From a virus (lineage: Duplodnaviria > Caudoviricetes), in the IMG/VR virus record IMGVR_UViG_3300037471_001473, positions 25,557-89,556 of that record: a DNA stretch of 64,000 nucleotides. One strand, written 5' to 3'. A model generated the notes under the pieces. That model was not told where the DNA came from and did no database searches. It saw only the letters and a list, made by a program, of their open reading frames with translations. Shown here in pieces: positions 1-8,208 of this stretch (positions are counted from its first letter, which is position 1; every line of letters begins with the position of its first letter). The position numbers were made by a program, and so were the translations under genes.

Positions 1-1
1 G

Positions 2-544
2 GCGATCTCGGGCCAGGGCGTGCCGTCCAGGACCTGGGTGCTCCCGAAGGTCACCGAGAGCGTGGCGACGGTGCCCGAGGGCCACCCCGGCTACCAGCCG
101 CTGGCGTTCCCGCCGGCCCCCGACGCCAACACCGTGCTCACCCATGGCCTGCGCGTCGTCGATGCCGACCAGGACCTGGGCGCGGCGGACACCACGCCGC
201 GCATCGTGCGTGCCGGCGTCGGGCCGATCGACTACAAGAAGATCAACCTGAACGCGCTGAAGGACATCGACGCGGCGGGCCACCCGACGCCGCCGGCCGA
301 GAACTTCGACGTCGTCACCCTGGAGCACAACGGCATCTGGTGGTACGAGGCCGAGGCCGTGGCCAAGGTGCTCAACCTGGACATGCCGCAGCTGTGGGCG
401 GAGATCGACTACGAGGACGACGTGCTCCACCACGCCGGCGTCGACTGGCTCGACATGATGGGCGTGAACGAGGCCTGCACCATGTGTGCAGACCTTGACC
501 TGGCTGACCGCTTCCGCAGCTGGGCCAAGACCAAGGGAAGCTGA
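2..544 (+). CDS. 5'-partial protein with Bro-N-like C-terminal domain
   Basis: Frame open to window edge; VVTLEHNGIWWYEAEAVAKVLNL...ADRFRSW resembles the Bro-N pattern (V..idGepWFvAkDVa.iLg...A.rF..W). Confidence 0.5.
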   Translation, partial: AISGQGVPSRTWVLPKVTESVATVPEGHPGYQPLAFPPAPDANTVLTHGLRVVDADQDLGAADTTPRIVRAGVGPIDYKKINLNALKDIDAAGHPTPPAENFDVVTLEHNGIWWYEAEAVAKVLNLDMPQLWAEIDYEDDVLHHAGVDWLDMMGVNEACTMCADLDLADRFRSWAKTKGS

Positions 545-566
545 CTCCAACCACGAAGGAACCACC

Positions 567-695
567 ATGCCATTCCGGCACCGAGCCCACCCGCAGGAAC
601 CGCGTCGACCGCGGCTGCTGAAGGAACAGCGCAAGCGAGAGGACAACGACCGCCTGCGCCGTCTCGAATCCCGGCCGCCGCGGCGGCCCCACTGA
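567..695 (+). CDS. Small Arg-rich hypothetical protein (42 aa)
   Basis: AAGGAACCACC-ATG at 567; MPFRHRAHPQEPRRPRLLKEQRKREDNDRLRRLESRPPRRPH. Confidence 0.6.
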   Translation: MPFRHRAHPQEPRRPRLLKEQRKREDNDRLRRLESRPPRRPH

Positions 696-705
696 GGAGA
701 CCTGC

Positions 706-1266
706 ATGATCGCGAACACGCACCCGGAAACGGGCATCCGCTACGGCGTCATCGCCTGCAACAGCCTGGACCCCGACGTCTACAACGACCTCTGGCAGAA
801 CGGCAAGGACCTGAGCTACGAGGAAGCGGCCAAGGACCTGCAGGCCGAGGTCGATAACGAGGCCGACGACATCGAGGAGGAGGCGGCCATCTCCCGCGGC
901 GAGATCGACGGCGGCCCCCCCACCGAAGCCGACATCGAGCGCGCCTTCGAGGCCAAGGGCTACCCCGACCGCGAGTCGTTCATCGACGGCGAGTTCGAGA
1001 AGCGCGCGCAGGACATCCAGATCGACGAGCCGGTGATCGAGGGCGAGCACGAGGGCGTGAAGTACCGCATCTCGTGGCTCGGCGGCGCGCCGCTGCTGTG
1101 GGTGTTCGAGGGGCCGATCGGTTACGCAGAACGGCTGTGCTCGCCGTGCGTGCCGAACGCCGCAGATCTCGACGGCGGCTTCGAGCCCGACACCGGCGAT
1201 GAGCACGGCACCGGGTATCTCTGCTACATCGTGCCGCGCGACTGGCTGAGCGAGGTGGAACGATGA
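706..1266 (+). CDS. Acidic hypothetical early protein
   Basis: GAGGAG RBS, ATGA overlap with next ORF, ~24% Asp+Glu by hand count. Confidence 0.8.
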   Translation: MIANTHPETGIRYGVIACNSLDPDVYNDLWQNGKDLSYEEAAKDLQAEVDNEADDIEEEAAISRGEIDGGPPTEADIERAFEAKGYPDRESFIDGEFEKRAQDIQIDEPVIEGEHEGVKYRISWLGGAPLLWVFEGPIGYAERLCSPCVPNAADLDGGFEPDTGDEHGTGYLCYIVPRDWLSEVER

Positions 1267-1499
1267 TCACCCTCGATCAACTCAAGGCCGGCGACCGCTT
1301 CATAGGCTGCTGCGACGAGCTCGACACCGACCACGAGGGCAACGAGCGCACCACGCCGGCCGGCTCGGTCTGGATCGTGTGCACCGGCCCGTGGGACGAG
1401 GAAGCCGTCTCCATCTTCTGCGAGGCCACCGGCGGCTGGATCATGCCGACGCTGGCCGAGCTCAACAACCCCGCGCTGTTCGAGCGCGTGCCCAACTGA
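1263..1499 (+). CDS. Hypothetical protein (78 aa)
   Basis: ATGA coupling to previous ORF, GC3-rich codons. Confidence 0.75.
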   Translation: MITLDQLKAGDRFIGCCDELDTDHEGNERTTPAGSVWIVCTGPWDEEAVSIFCEATGGWIMPTLAELNNPALFERVPN

Positions 1500-1506
1500 G
1501 GGATGT

Positions 1507-1593
1507 ATGAAGAACGTCATCAACTTCGTCACCGGCCTGTCCTCAGGCCTGATCGCAATCGCGGTCTACCGCCTGCTCTCCACCACTTGCTGA
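1507..1593 (+). CDS. 28-aa single-membrane-helix peptide (not in ORF track)
   Basis: GAGGG RBS then ATG 1507: MKNVINFVTGLSSGLIAIAVYRLLSTTC*; fills the gap between neighbours. Confidence 0.5.
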   Translation: MKNVINFVTGLSSGLIAIAVYRLLSTTC

Positions 1594-1603
1594 AAGGCAA
1601 CCC

Positions 1604-1870
1604 ATGTTCAAGAAGAACCCCCACAAGATCCTGCTGGGCGACCTGCACGAGGCCCGCGTCAGCCTGGTCAACCACCAGGCCAGCGCCGAGTACCACGTGC
1701 TGCAGTCGCAGCTGAACATGCTGGAAGCCGCGCAGGCCTCGGCGCGCGCCGACGCGGCGCAGCGCCGCATCGAGCGCATCGAGGCGGTGCTGGAGGCCCA
1801 GCGCCTGGCCCGCATGCCGAAGACCCCGCCCAAGCCGGCCAACCTGCACGCCGTCAAGGAGGGTGCGTAA
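1604..1870 (+). CDS. Hypothetical coiled-coil protein
   Basis: AAAGG RBS; Ala/Glu/Arg-rich helical sequence. Confidence 0.75.
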   Translation: MFKKNPHKILLGDLHEARVSLVNHQASAEYHVLQSQLNMLEAAQASARADAAQRRIERIEAVLEAQRLARMPKTPPKPANLHAVKEGA

Positions 1871-1920
1871 CGGCCCACAACCCGCGGCCCCATACGGGGC
1901 CGCTTCACCAAGGAACCACC

Positions 1921-2640
1921 GTGAACTACGAACAAGCCAAGGCCCAGCTGGCCACCGCCCGCAACATCAATGCGGGCAAGCCCATCGAGCGCAACACGCG
2001 CCTGTTCCAGCGCGGCGATGCCATCGCCGTGCAGTACCACCAGACGGACATCGTCACGTTCAAGAAGAACGGCGACACCGTGCTCAACACCAACGGGTGG
2101 AAGACGCAATCCACGAAGGAGCGCCTCAACAGCTTGACCCCCGTCGGTCGCATCCACCAGGAGAAGGGCGTCTGGTACTTCGTCTACCAAGGTGAGCGCC
2201 ACGTGTTCAAGGACGGCTTGACCATCAAGGCCAGCGGCAAGGTGGTGGGCGCGGCCGACCACAACGCTGTGAGCCACGAGACGGCCCTGCGCCGCAAGGC
2301 GTCGCTGTACGCCAAGAAGTTCACCGAGGCGCTGTACGCCGGCAAGGTGCCGCCGCCGGGACCCGGCGACTGCTGGGCCTGCCTGATGAAGACCGAGGAC
2401 GGCAAGCAGCCGCTCGGCGGCAAGAGCCACATCGTCGAGCACATGGAGGAGAACTACTTCGTGCCCTCGCTGCTGATCAACGCCATGAACCAGTTCGGCG
2501 CCAGCATGGCGATGCGTTCCACGGTGCACGGTCTGGTGCACAAGGAGCCGCAGCACGTGTGGCCGCAGGACTTCATCAAGAAGGACATCGCCAAGTCGAT
2601 CCGCCGCCACTGCCTGAGCCAGATGGGGATGGCAGCATGA
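1921..2640 (+). CDS. Hypothetical basic protein (CxxC near C-terminus)
   Basis: AAGGAACCACC-GTG start preceded by hairpin 1884-1903; DCWACL motif. Confidence 0.8.
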   Translation: MNYEQAKAQLATARNINAGKPIERNTRLFQRGDAIAVQYHQTDIVTFKKNGDTVLNTNGWKTQSTKERLNSLTPVGRIHQEKGVWYFVYQGERHVFKDGLTIKASGKVVGAADHNAVSHETALRRKASLYAKKFTEALYAGKVPPPGPGDCWACLMKTEDGKQPLGGKSHIVEHMEENYFVPSLLINAMNQFGASMAMRSTVHGLVHKEPQHVWPQDFIKKDIAKSIRRHCLSQMGMAA

Positions 2641-3278
2641 AGAAGCTCACCACCATCCCCTTCGCCGGCTTCTACAGCACCTGGCACGACTACGAGCTCG
2701 ACCAGGCGCTGGAGATGATGTTCACCGACCGCGCTAGCGGCACCGAGTTGAACGACCGGCTGCACATGGAAGCCTTCGACGGCATCGCCTGGCAAGGCGT
2801 TCACATCCAATACGCGAAGGCGTATTGCGACGCCTTCGCCGAGGAGTTCGAGATCGCGCTGACGTTCGAGTCGCTGCAGAGCCCGCGCTTCTACAACTTC
2901 GAGACCGACCGCGTCTTCGCGGAGATCGACTTGAAGGAGGTGCGGCGGCTGTTCAAGGAGACGCCGCGCGAGATCTTCGACGCCGTGATCGAGGAGGAGT
3001 TCACCAGCCGCTCGGGCTTCATCTCCAGCTACCCGAACACGCTGGACGAGTGGCCGGTGATCCCCGAGTGGGACCACAACCACATCGGCGCGTTGATCAA
3101 GGCCCACGTCCGCCACTGCAACAACGGCGAGGACATGGACCAGGACCGGGAGTTCTCGCTGATGGAGCGCTACCGCGACAACGGCCGCTTCGATGAGTGG
3201 CTTTGCGAGGCTGGCACGCCGAAGTTCAATCGGGCACTTCGCATCATGGACTACCTGGAAGAACGCAAGGAGCGTTGA
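2637..3278 (+). CDS. Hypothetical acidic phage early protein
   Basis: ATG 2637 overlaps previous TGA; TIPFAGFYS and SPRFYNFETDRVFA resemble a family I recall from phage early regions. Confidence 0.75.
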   Translation: MKKLTTIPFAGFYSTWHDYELDQALEMMFTDRASGTELNDRLHMEAFDGIAWQGVHIQYAKAYCDAFAEEFEIALTFESLQSPRFYNFETDRVFAEIDLKEVRRLFKETPREIFDAVIEEEFTSRSGFISSYPNTLDEWPVIPEWDHNHIGALIKAHVRHCNNGEDMDQDREFSLMERYRDNGRFDEWLCEAGTPKFNRALRIMDYLEERKER

Positions 3279-3532
3279 TGAAGTGCTACCTGTTGCAGCA
3301 GCTGGGCGGCGGCCCGCAGTTCGACGACGTCTACCTGTCGACGCTGGCCGATGTCCGTCAGACCATACGGGACTTTGTCGCCCCGTTCCACTACGACACG
3401 CTCAGCGTGGCGCTGATCCAGTTCGATCACAGTCGGACCAACCTGCTTGCCATGCTGAGCGGGGAAGGCAAGGTTGAGGTGTTGAAGCGCTGGGACGTCA
3501 AACCCAACGGCGCGTTGAGCGCCGACAACTAA
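3278..3532 (+). CDS. Hypothetical protein (84 aa)
   Basis: TGATG coupling at 3276-3280. Confidence 0.7.
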   Translation: MKCYLLQQLGGGPQFDDVYLSTLADVRQTIRDFVAPFHYDTLSVALIQFDHSRTNLLAMLSGEGKVEVLKRWDVKPNGALSADN

Positions 3533-3541
3533 GGAACCACC

Positions 3542-4747
3542 ATGAAGATCAAGACCATCACCACCCATCGCCACACGGCGACCATCACCGACACCTACGG
3601 CGAGATCGAGCTAGAACTGGAGCACAAGCCGTCGTTCCTGCACGAGTACAAGGACCCGCTGGTTCACTTCCAGGACGGCAAGCTCGTTTTCGCCTACCTG
3701 GTCGACGACGGCGACGACGCCGGCGACCCGCCGATCGGCGAGCCGGGCACGTGCAACGGCAATCTGTACCTGGCGGGCAGCTATAGCGCCAGCGATTCGA
3801 CGATTTTCGACAACCCCGGCGAGTACCATTCGGCGCTGGGCCTCGACAGCTACGGAGACCCCGAACTCGGCCGCGGCTTCGACATCGACCGCGAGGTGCG
3901 GCGGTACGACGGGTCGTTCAGTAAGACGACCTGCCTGTGGGACCTGGCCGTCGAGAAGTTCATCGCCGACAAGGTCTTCGACAACGACGAGGACAAGCAG
4001 GCCCGGTGGGTGCGCAGCGTCGTGCTCGGCGAGGGCCTCTACTCCAGACTGACGCCACTGCCCGACAACTGGAAAGACCTGATCAAACTCGACGACGTGC
4101 AGCGCGACCTGTACGACGACCAGAACGGCGTGTTCACCGAGGAGATCTCCGACATCGCGATGGGCTTGTACTCCACGTACTGGCGTCGCATCGCCGGCCC
4201 CTACGTCGTGCCGGTGAGCTACCACAGCGAGCGCGGCTCCACGTCGATCAGCGTGACCTCCTGGGACGGCGACCCTGGCGACCTGCCCGACGGCGTGTGG
4301 GAGGCCGACAAGGACGCCATCGAGAACATCGACGCTTGCGTCATTCCGGCCGGCCTGGAGATCCAGTGGCGCGGAGCTCTGCATGGTGACGGCAGCCCGA
4401 GCACGCTGCACGCCGTCGTGCTGCAGGGCGACAAGGTGCTGCACGACGCCGGCACTGCGTCGGGGTCGTGGGGCCGCGCCATGCAGTGGATCAGGGACAA
4501 CTACGAGATCCGCGCCACCTTCGACGACATCGTCAAGGCCAGCGAGCGCTACGCCGCGCCGATCCTGCAAGAGCTCCAGGACTGGTGCGACGGCAACATC
4601 TGGGGCTGCGTCGTCGAGGTCTTCAAGCAGTACAAGCTGGACGGCTGGCAGCAGGTCAGTGAGGACTCGTGCTGGCGCTTCATCGGCGAGGACCACGCAC
4701 TCGAATCCCTCAAGGACATGTTCGACCAAGCCGTCTCCGCTCTGTAA
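3542..4747 (+). CDS. Hypothetical acidic protein (401 aa)
   Basis: AAGGAACCACC-ATG; long ORF with typical codon bias. Confidence 0.85.
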   Translation: MKIKTITTHRHTATITDTYGEIELELEHKPSFLHEYKDPLVHFQDGKLVFAYLVDDGDDAGDPPIGEPGTCNGNLYLAGSYSASDSTIFDNPGEYHSALGLDSYGDPELGRGFDIDREVRRYDGSFSKTTCLWDLAVEKFIADKVFDNDEDKQARWVRSVVLGEGLYSRLTPLPDNWKDLIKLDDVQRDLYDDQNGVFTEEISDIAMGLYSTYWRRIAGPYVVPVSYHSERGSTSISVTSWDGDPGDLPDGVWEADKDAIENIDACVIPAGLEIQWRGALHGDGSPSTLHAVVLQGDKVLHDAGTASGSWGRAMQWIRDNYEIRATFDDIVKASERYAAPILQELQDWCDGNIWGCVVEVFKQYKLDGWQQVSEDSCWRFIGEDHALESLKDMFDQAVSAL

Positions 4748-4770
4748 ACACTATTTACCAAGGAACCACC

Positions 4771-5445
4771 ATGAGCCAACCCACCTGCGCGCAGCGCGTT
4801 CACGCCGCCTGGGAATCCCGTCGCGAGGATCTCGAAGCGATCATGAACTGCGACGACACCGACAACGGGCCCGAAGACATCGGCCCCTTCCACGAGTACG
4901 GCCTGTGCTTCGACTACGTGGCGCCGCACACCTTCAAGGACCAGGACGAGGGCTACTGGCGCTACCAGTTCAGCCACGGCGGCCCCAGCGAGGAGATCCG
5001 CTTCTTCGGCGAGAGCCACGAAGGCAACAGCGAGCCGGACTTCGACTACGCCGAGTTCTGGTTCCTCGACTGGTTCGACGGCGCGTCGGTGCGCATCCCC
5101 TGCAACGACAAGGTTCTTCAGTGGGCGTGGCAGCAGTTCGCCGAGACCGGCACGGCGCAGTCCGTGTGGGAGGAGGCGATGAAGGACTACACGCCACCCG
5201 AGCCGGTGATGAAGGACCGCGTCGAGGAGGTGAAGATCGAGATCGACACCGAGAACAGCGCCTACCGCGGCGGCGACATCGGCAACGAGATCGCGCGCCA
5301 GCTGCGTGAGCTCGCCGATAAGTTCGTGGGCCTGGACGACGAGGGCGTCGCCGAACTCGACAGCCTGTGGATCTACGACGTCAACGGCAACAAGACGATG
5401 TACGTCGACATCACCACGCAGGAGGTCGACGAAGATGACATCTAA
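4771..5445 (+). CDS. Acidic hypothetical protein (224 aa)
   Basis: AAGGAACCACC-ATG at 4771; ~23% Asp+Glu by hand count. Confidence 0.8.
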   Translation: MSQPTCAQRVHAAWESRREDLEAIMNCDDTDNGPEDIGPFHEYGLCFDYVAPHTFKDQDEGYWRYQFSHGGPSEEIRFFGESHEGNSEPDFDYAEFWFLDWFDGASVRIPCNDKVLQWAWQQFAETGTAQSVWEEAMKDYTPPEPVMKDRVEEVKIEIDTENSAYRGGDIGNEIARQLRELADKFVGLDDEGVAELDSLWIYDVNGNKTMYVDITTQEVDEDDI

Positions 5446-5803
5446 GCTGGTGAACTACGGGCCGGTGCGCATCGACCCGAACCGGATCAGCTTGCCCTGG
5501 CCCGAGCATGCAGGAGGCGGCAGCGAGTTCTCGATCGGCATGCACTTCGACGGCGTCGCCGCGACCAACTACGTGTTCAAGCTGCTGGACTCGGCGACGT
5601 CGCGCATGAACGAGGCGAAGGCGCGGAAGATCCTGGGCAGCACCGTGAACGCTCAAGGCGGGCTGGGCAACGGTCTGCCAGTCATCGGATGGCCCCAGAG
5701 CGGCGACTGGCGCGACCAGGTGCTGCTCGACGGGGACTTCACCGCCGACACCCTGGAAGCCATCGCCTGGTGGATGCGCAACATGCCGCGGCCTGCCACC
5801 TGA
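5435..5803 (+). CDS. Hypothetical protein (122 aa)
   Basis: GGAGG upstream of ATG 5435; overlaps previous stop region. Confidence 0.7.
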   Translation: MTSKLVNYGPVRIDPNRISLPWPEHAGGGSEFSIGMHFDGVAATNYVFKLLDSATSRMNEAKARKILGSTVNAQGGLGNGLPVIGWPQSGDWRDQVLLDGDFTADTLEAIAWWMRNMPRPAT

Positions 5804-5873
5804 ACCTCGGGGGGAGGCACGATAGATGCCTCCCCTGCCGGGCAATCACCACTGAACCACCAAGGAGATCACC

Positions 5874-6380
5874 ATGAAGCGAATCCTCGCGCTGCTGGCG
5901 CTGTCCCTCCTGACCCTCACGGCGCGCGCCGGCGTGTGGGACTTCTACTACCTGGGCACCATGGAGTTCAACCCGTTCTACGGCACGGACGGCTCCTTCA
6001 CCGCCACCGACGCCAACGGCGACGGCATCATCGTCGGCAGCGAGGTGACCAGCTTGACCTTCTTCGGTCACATCTTCGAGCCGCCGTCGTCCATGAACCT
6101 GCCGGGCATCGACGTGCAGTCGGCCCTGACCAGCTTCCACTTCGACACGTTCACCGGACAGCTGGAGTTCGACTGCTTCGGCGGCGAGTGGCAGGACGTG
6201 GTCGAGAAGGACGGGCTTCGTCTGTTCTACAGCGACGGTCGGGGTGGTTATGCCTTCACCCTGGTCGGCCCGCCGGTGGTCACGGCACGCGCGCTGGCGG
6301 CGCCAGTGCCCGAGCCGGACACCTACGCGCTGCTGCTGGCCGGCCTGGCGGTGGTTGCGCTGGTGCGGCGCCGGGCGTAG
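5874..6380 (+). CDS. PEP-CTERM sorting-domain surface protein
   Basis: N-terminal Sec signal MKRILALLALSLLTLTARA; C-terminal VPEPDTYALLLAGLAVVALVRRRA = PEP motif + TM helix + Arg cluster. Confidence 0.92.
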   Translation: MKRILALLALSLLTLTARAGVWDFYYLGTMEFNPFYGTDGSFTATDANGDGIIVGSEVTSLTFFGHIFEPPSSMNLPGIDVQSALTSFHFDTFTGQLEFDCFGGEWQDVVEKDGLRLFYSDGRGGYAFTLVGPPVVTARALAAPVPEPDTYALLLAGLAVVALVRRRA

Positions 6381-6435
6381 GATCTGCGCCAAGCTGCCTC
6401 GCCCGCCGCCCCGACCGCACACTGCGGTCACCTCA

Positions 6436-6486
6436 GAGGGCCCCGTTCAAGCCACGGGGCCCTCGCCTTTTCGGTTTGTCATTTTC
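6436..6486 (+). terminator. Probable intrinsic terminator after the PEP-CTERM gene
   Basis: 11-bp stem GAGGGCCCCGT/ACGGGGCCCTC, 7-nt loop, followed by a T-rich tail. Confidence 0.6.
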
Positions 6487-6538
6487 TCAACGAAGGCTAA
6501 ACTGCGGGCCCCACCACCCGCATCACCGAGGACTCACC

Positions 6539-7078
6539 TTGAGCAACGCACCCCAAGAAACCATCAACCCCATCCTGACCCTGATGATCTGGATGGAAGC
6601 CGCGCAGCACGGCCAGAAGCAGCTGCGCATGTACGAGGCCCTGTGCCTGGAAGAAGAAGCCGAGACGCTGGAGGAGATCGAGCTCACGCCGCCGATGCCG
6701 GCCGACGGCTCAACCCCCGAACGCTTGACCTACACCTCGCATCGCTCGCTGGCCGCGGCGATGTCGGCGGTGGCCAAGGAGATGCGCAGCGGCGAGTTCA
6801 AGCTGGGCGTCAACCCCGGCAAACTGCTGGACGCGCACCTGGACTCGATCTGGGTCCACCTGGGCGCTGCGCTGGCGCTGCTGACCCCACCCAGCCAGAA
6901 CCCTGCTTACGCCAACATGAACGCCGGCGAGAAGCTGGCGGCGGCCTGGGCGCTGCTGCACAAATCGAACATCGACGACAAGCGGCAGCCCGACGGCAGC
7001 TTCGCCCGAGACGCTTCTGGCAAGATCACGAAGCCGTCGACCTGGACGGCACCAGACTTCGACCAGTTCTTCTTCTGA
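6539..7078 (+). CDS. NTP pyrophosphohydrolase, PRA-PH/DR2231-type MazG-like
   Basis: GAGGA RBS + TTG 6539; LEEEAETLEE, LLDAHLD and HKSNIDDKRQPDGSFARDASGKITKPSTWTAPD match the family C-terminal HxSNxxK...dGK.lKP..w.pPD pattern. Confidence 0.72.
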   Translation: MSNAPQETINPILTLMIWMEAAQHGQKQLRMYEALCLEEEAETLEEIELTPPMPADGSTPERLTYTSHRSLAAAMSAVAKEMRSGEFKLGVNPGKLLDAHLDSIWVHLGAALALLTPPSQNPAYANMNAGEKLAAAWALLHKSNIDDKRQPDGSFARDASGKITKPSTWTAPDFDQFFF

Positions 7079-7086
7079 CCCCAACC

Positions 7087-7111
7087 GAGCCGCCCAACGG
7101 GCGGCTCTTTC
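7087..7111 (+). terminator. Hairpin/terminator
   Basis: GAGCCGCCC-AAC-GGGCGGCTC followed by TTTC. Confidence 0.5.
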
Positions 7112-7132
7112 ATTCCACCAAGGAGATCACCG

Positions 7133-7375
7133 ATGGACGACGACAACGTCAAACGAAGGGACTACTTCACCAACCTCAAGTACGGCGACCTCGTTCGCAC
7201 ACAGAGCGGCCGCGCGCTGGCCTTCATCGCCTACGTGAAGGAGGCGACGCCGGGCTCCCAGCTGATCCTGCTGGATCGCCACACCCGCGAAGTCGAGACC
7301 TTCCACGACGACGGCCGCTACATGCTCAACCGCACCCACTCGAACTGGGACCTCGTGGTCCCCACCAAGGACTAA
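7133..7375 (+). CDS. Hypothetical protein (80 aa)
   Basis: AAGGAGATCACCG-ATG. Confidence 0.75.
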   Translation: MDDDNVKRRDYFTNLKYGDLVRTQSGRALAFIAYVKEATPGSQLILLDRHTREVETFHDDGRYMLNRTHSNWDLVVPTKD

Positions 7376-7377
7376 CC

Positions 7378-7629
7378 ATGCTGCACACCAAGATCACCGG
7401 CTCCTCCAACCTGAGCGCGGCCGCCTGGCGCGACGAGATGCTGTTCATCCAGTTCCACCACGGTGGCTGGTACAGCTACACCGGCGTGCCGCAGCAGGTC
7501 TTCCACGACCTGGTCAACGCGCCGAGCGCGGGTAAGTTCTTCCACGCGGCCGTCAAGCCCTCTTTCCCGTCGGTGAACCTGCGGATCGAGGAGGTTCGTG
7601 CATTGGGTCTCGAAGACCCGGCCCAATGA
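7378..7629 (+). CDS. KTSC-domain protein
   Basis: SSNLSAAAW...LFIQFHHGGWYSYTGVPQQVFHDLVNAPSAGKFFHAAVK matches the KTSC consensus. Confidence 0.85.
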   Translation: MLHTKITGSSNLSAAAWRDEMLFIQFHHGGWYSYTGVPQQVFHDLVNAPSAGKFFHAAVKPSFPSVNLRIEEVRALGLEDPAQ

Positions 7630-7767
7630 GGGGAAGCCCCCAGGCCAGAAGCGTGCCCGCACTTTAGAGGTCGTGGCACAATCGTGACGGTCAGTTAGCT
7701 AGGGTCGACTCACCAGTCTAGCTGACCGCTCACCCCACCAAGGCCAACACGAAGAAACGAGGTGTAT

Positions 7768-8208
7768 ATGGACGTTGTCCATTGCTATTCTCCCCTCCAG
7801 CCCGCCAGCTACAGCTACCTCACCGGCGCGGCCGTGTGTGAGGTGAAGCAGATGCTCGTGCAGCCACACGGCGCACAGATCTGGAACCTGTTCTGGCTCT
7901 CGACCCCCACCATCGACCTCGTGCCGCAAGCCGACCCCGGCAAGTGGTTCGAGGTCTACCAGCCCAGCGCCCGGCGCACCACCGCGGTGGTCCGCGACGC
8001 CCTCGACGACGAGGCCCTGCTGCGCAAGCTGGCGATGCACCCGACGCGCTTCCTGGAGTGGTTCGACAGCATCGACGACCACTCCATCTTCGACTGCTAC
8101 GACGCCTTGAACGGTGACGACTGGGTGCAGACCGTCATCATGCGCGCCGCCGGCGCGGCCGCTCGCATCGGTGGGGTTCTTCCGCTCAAGAAGATCTCCT
8201 ACGAATGA
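7768..8208 (+). CDS. Hypothetical protein
   Basis: GAGGTG RBS before ATG 7768; ATGA coupling to helicase. Confidence 0.7.
   Translation: MDVVHCYSPLQPASYSYLTGAAVCEVKQMLVQPHGAQIWNLFWLSTPTIDLVPQADPGKWFEVYQPSARRTTAVVRDALDDEALLRKLAMHPTRFLEWFDSIDDHSIFDCYDALNGDDWVQTVIMRAAGAAARIGGVLPLKKISYE

Noticed and set aside
561-569. Kozak-like CCACCATG at many starts
   Set aside because: Better explained as an unstructured spacer after a Shine-Dalgarno AAGGA; all genes are bacterial-phage type.
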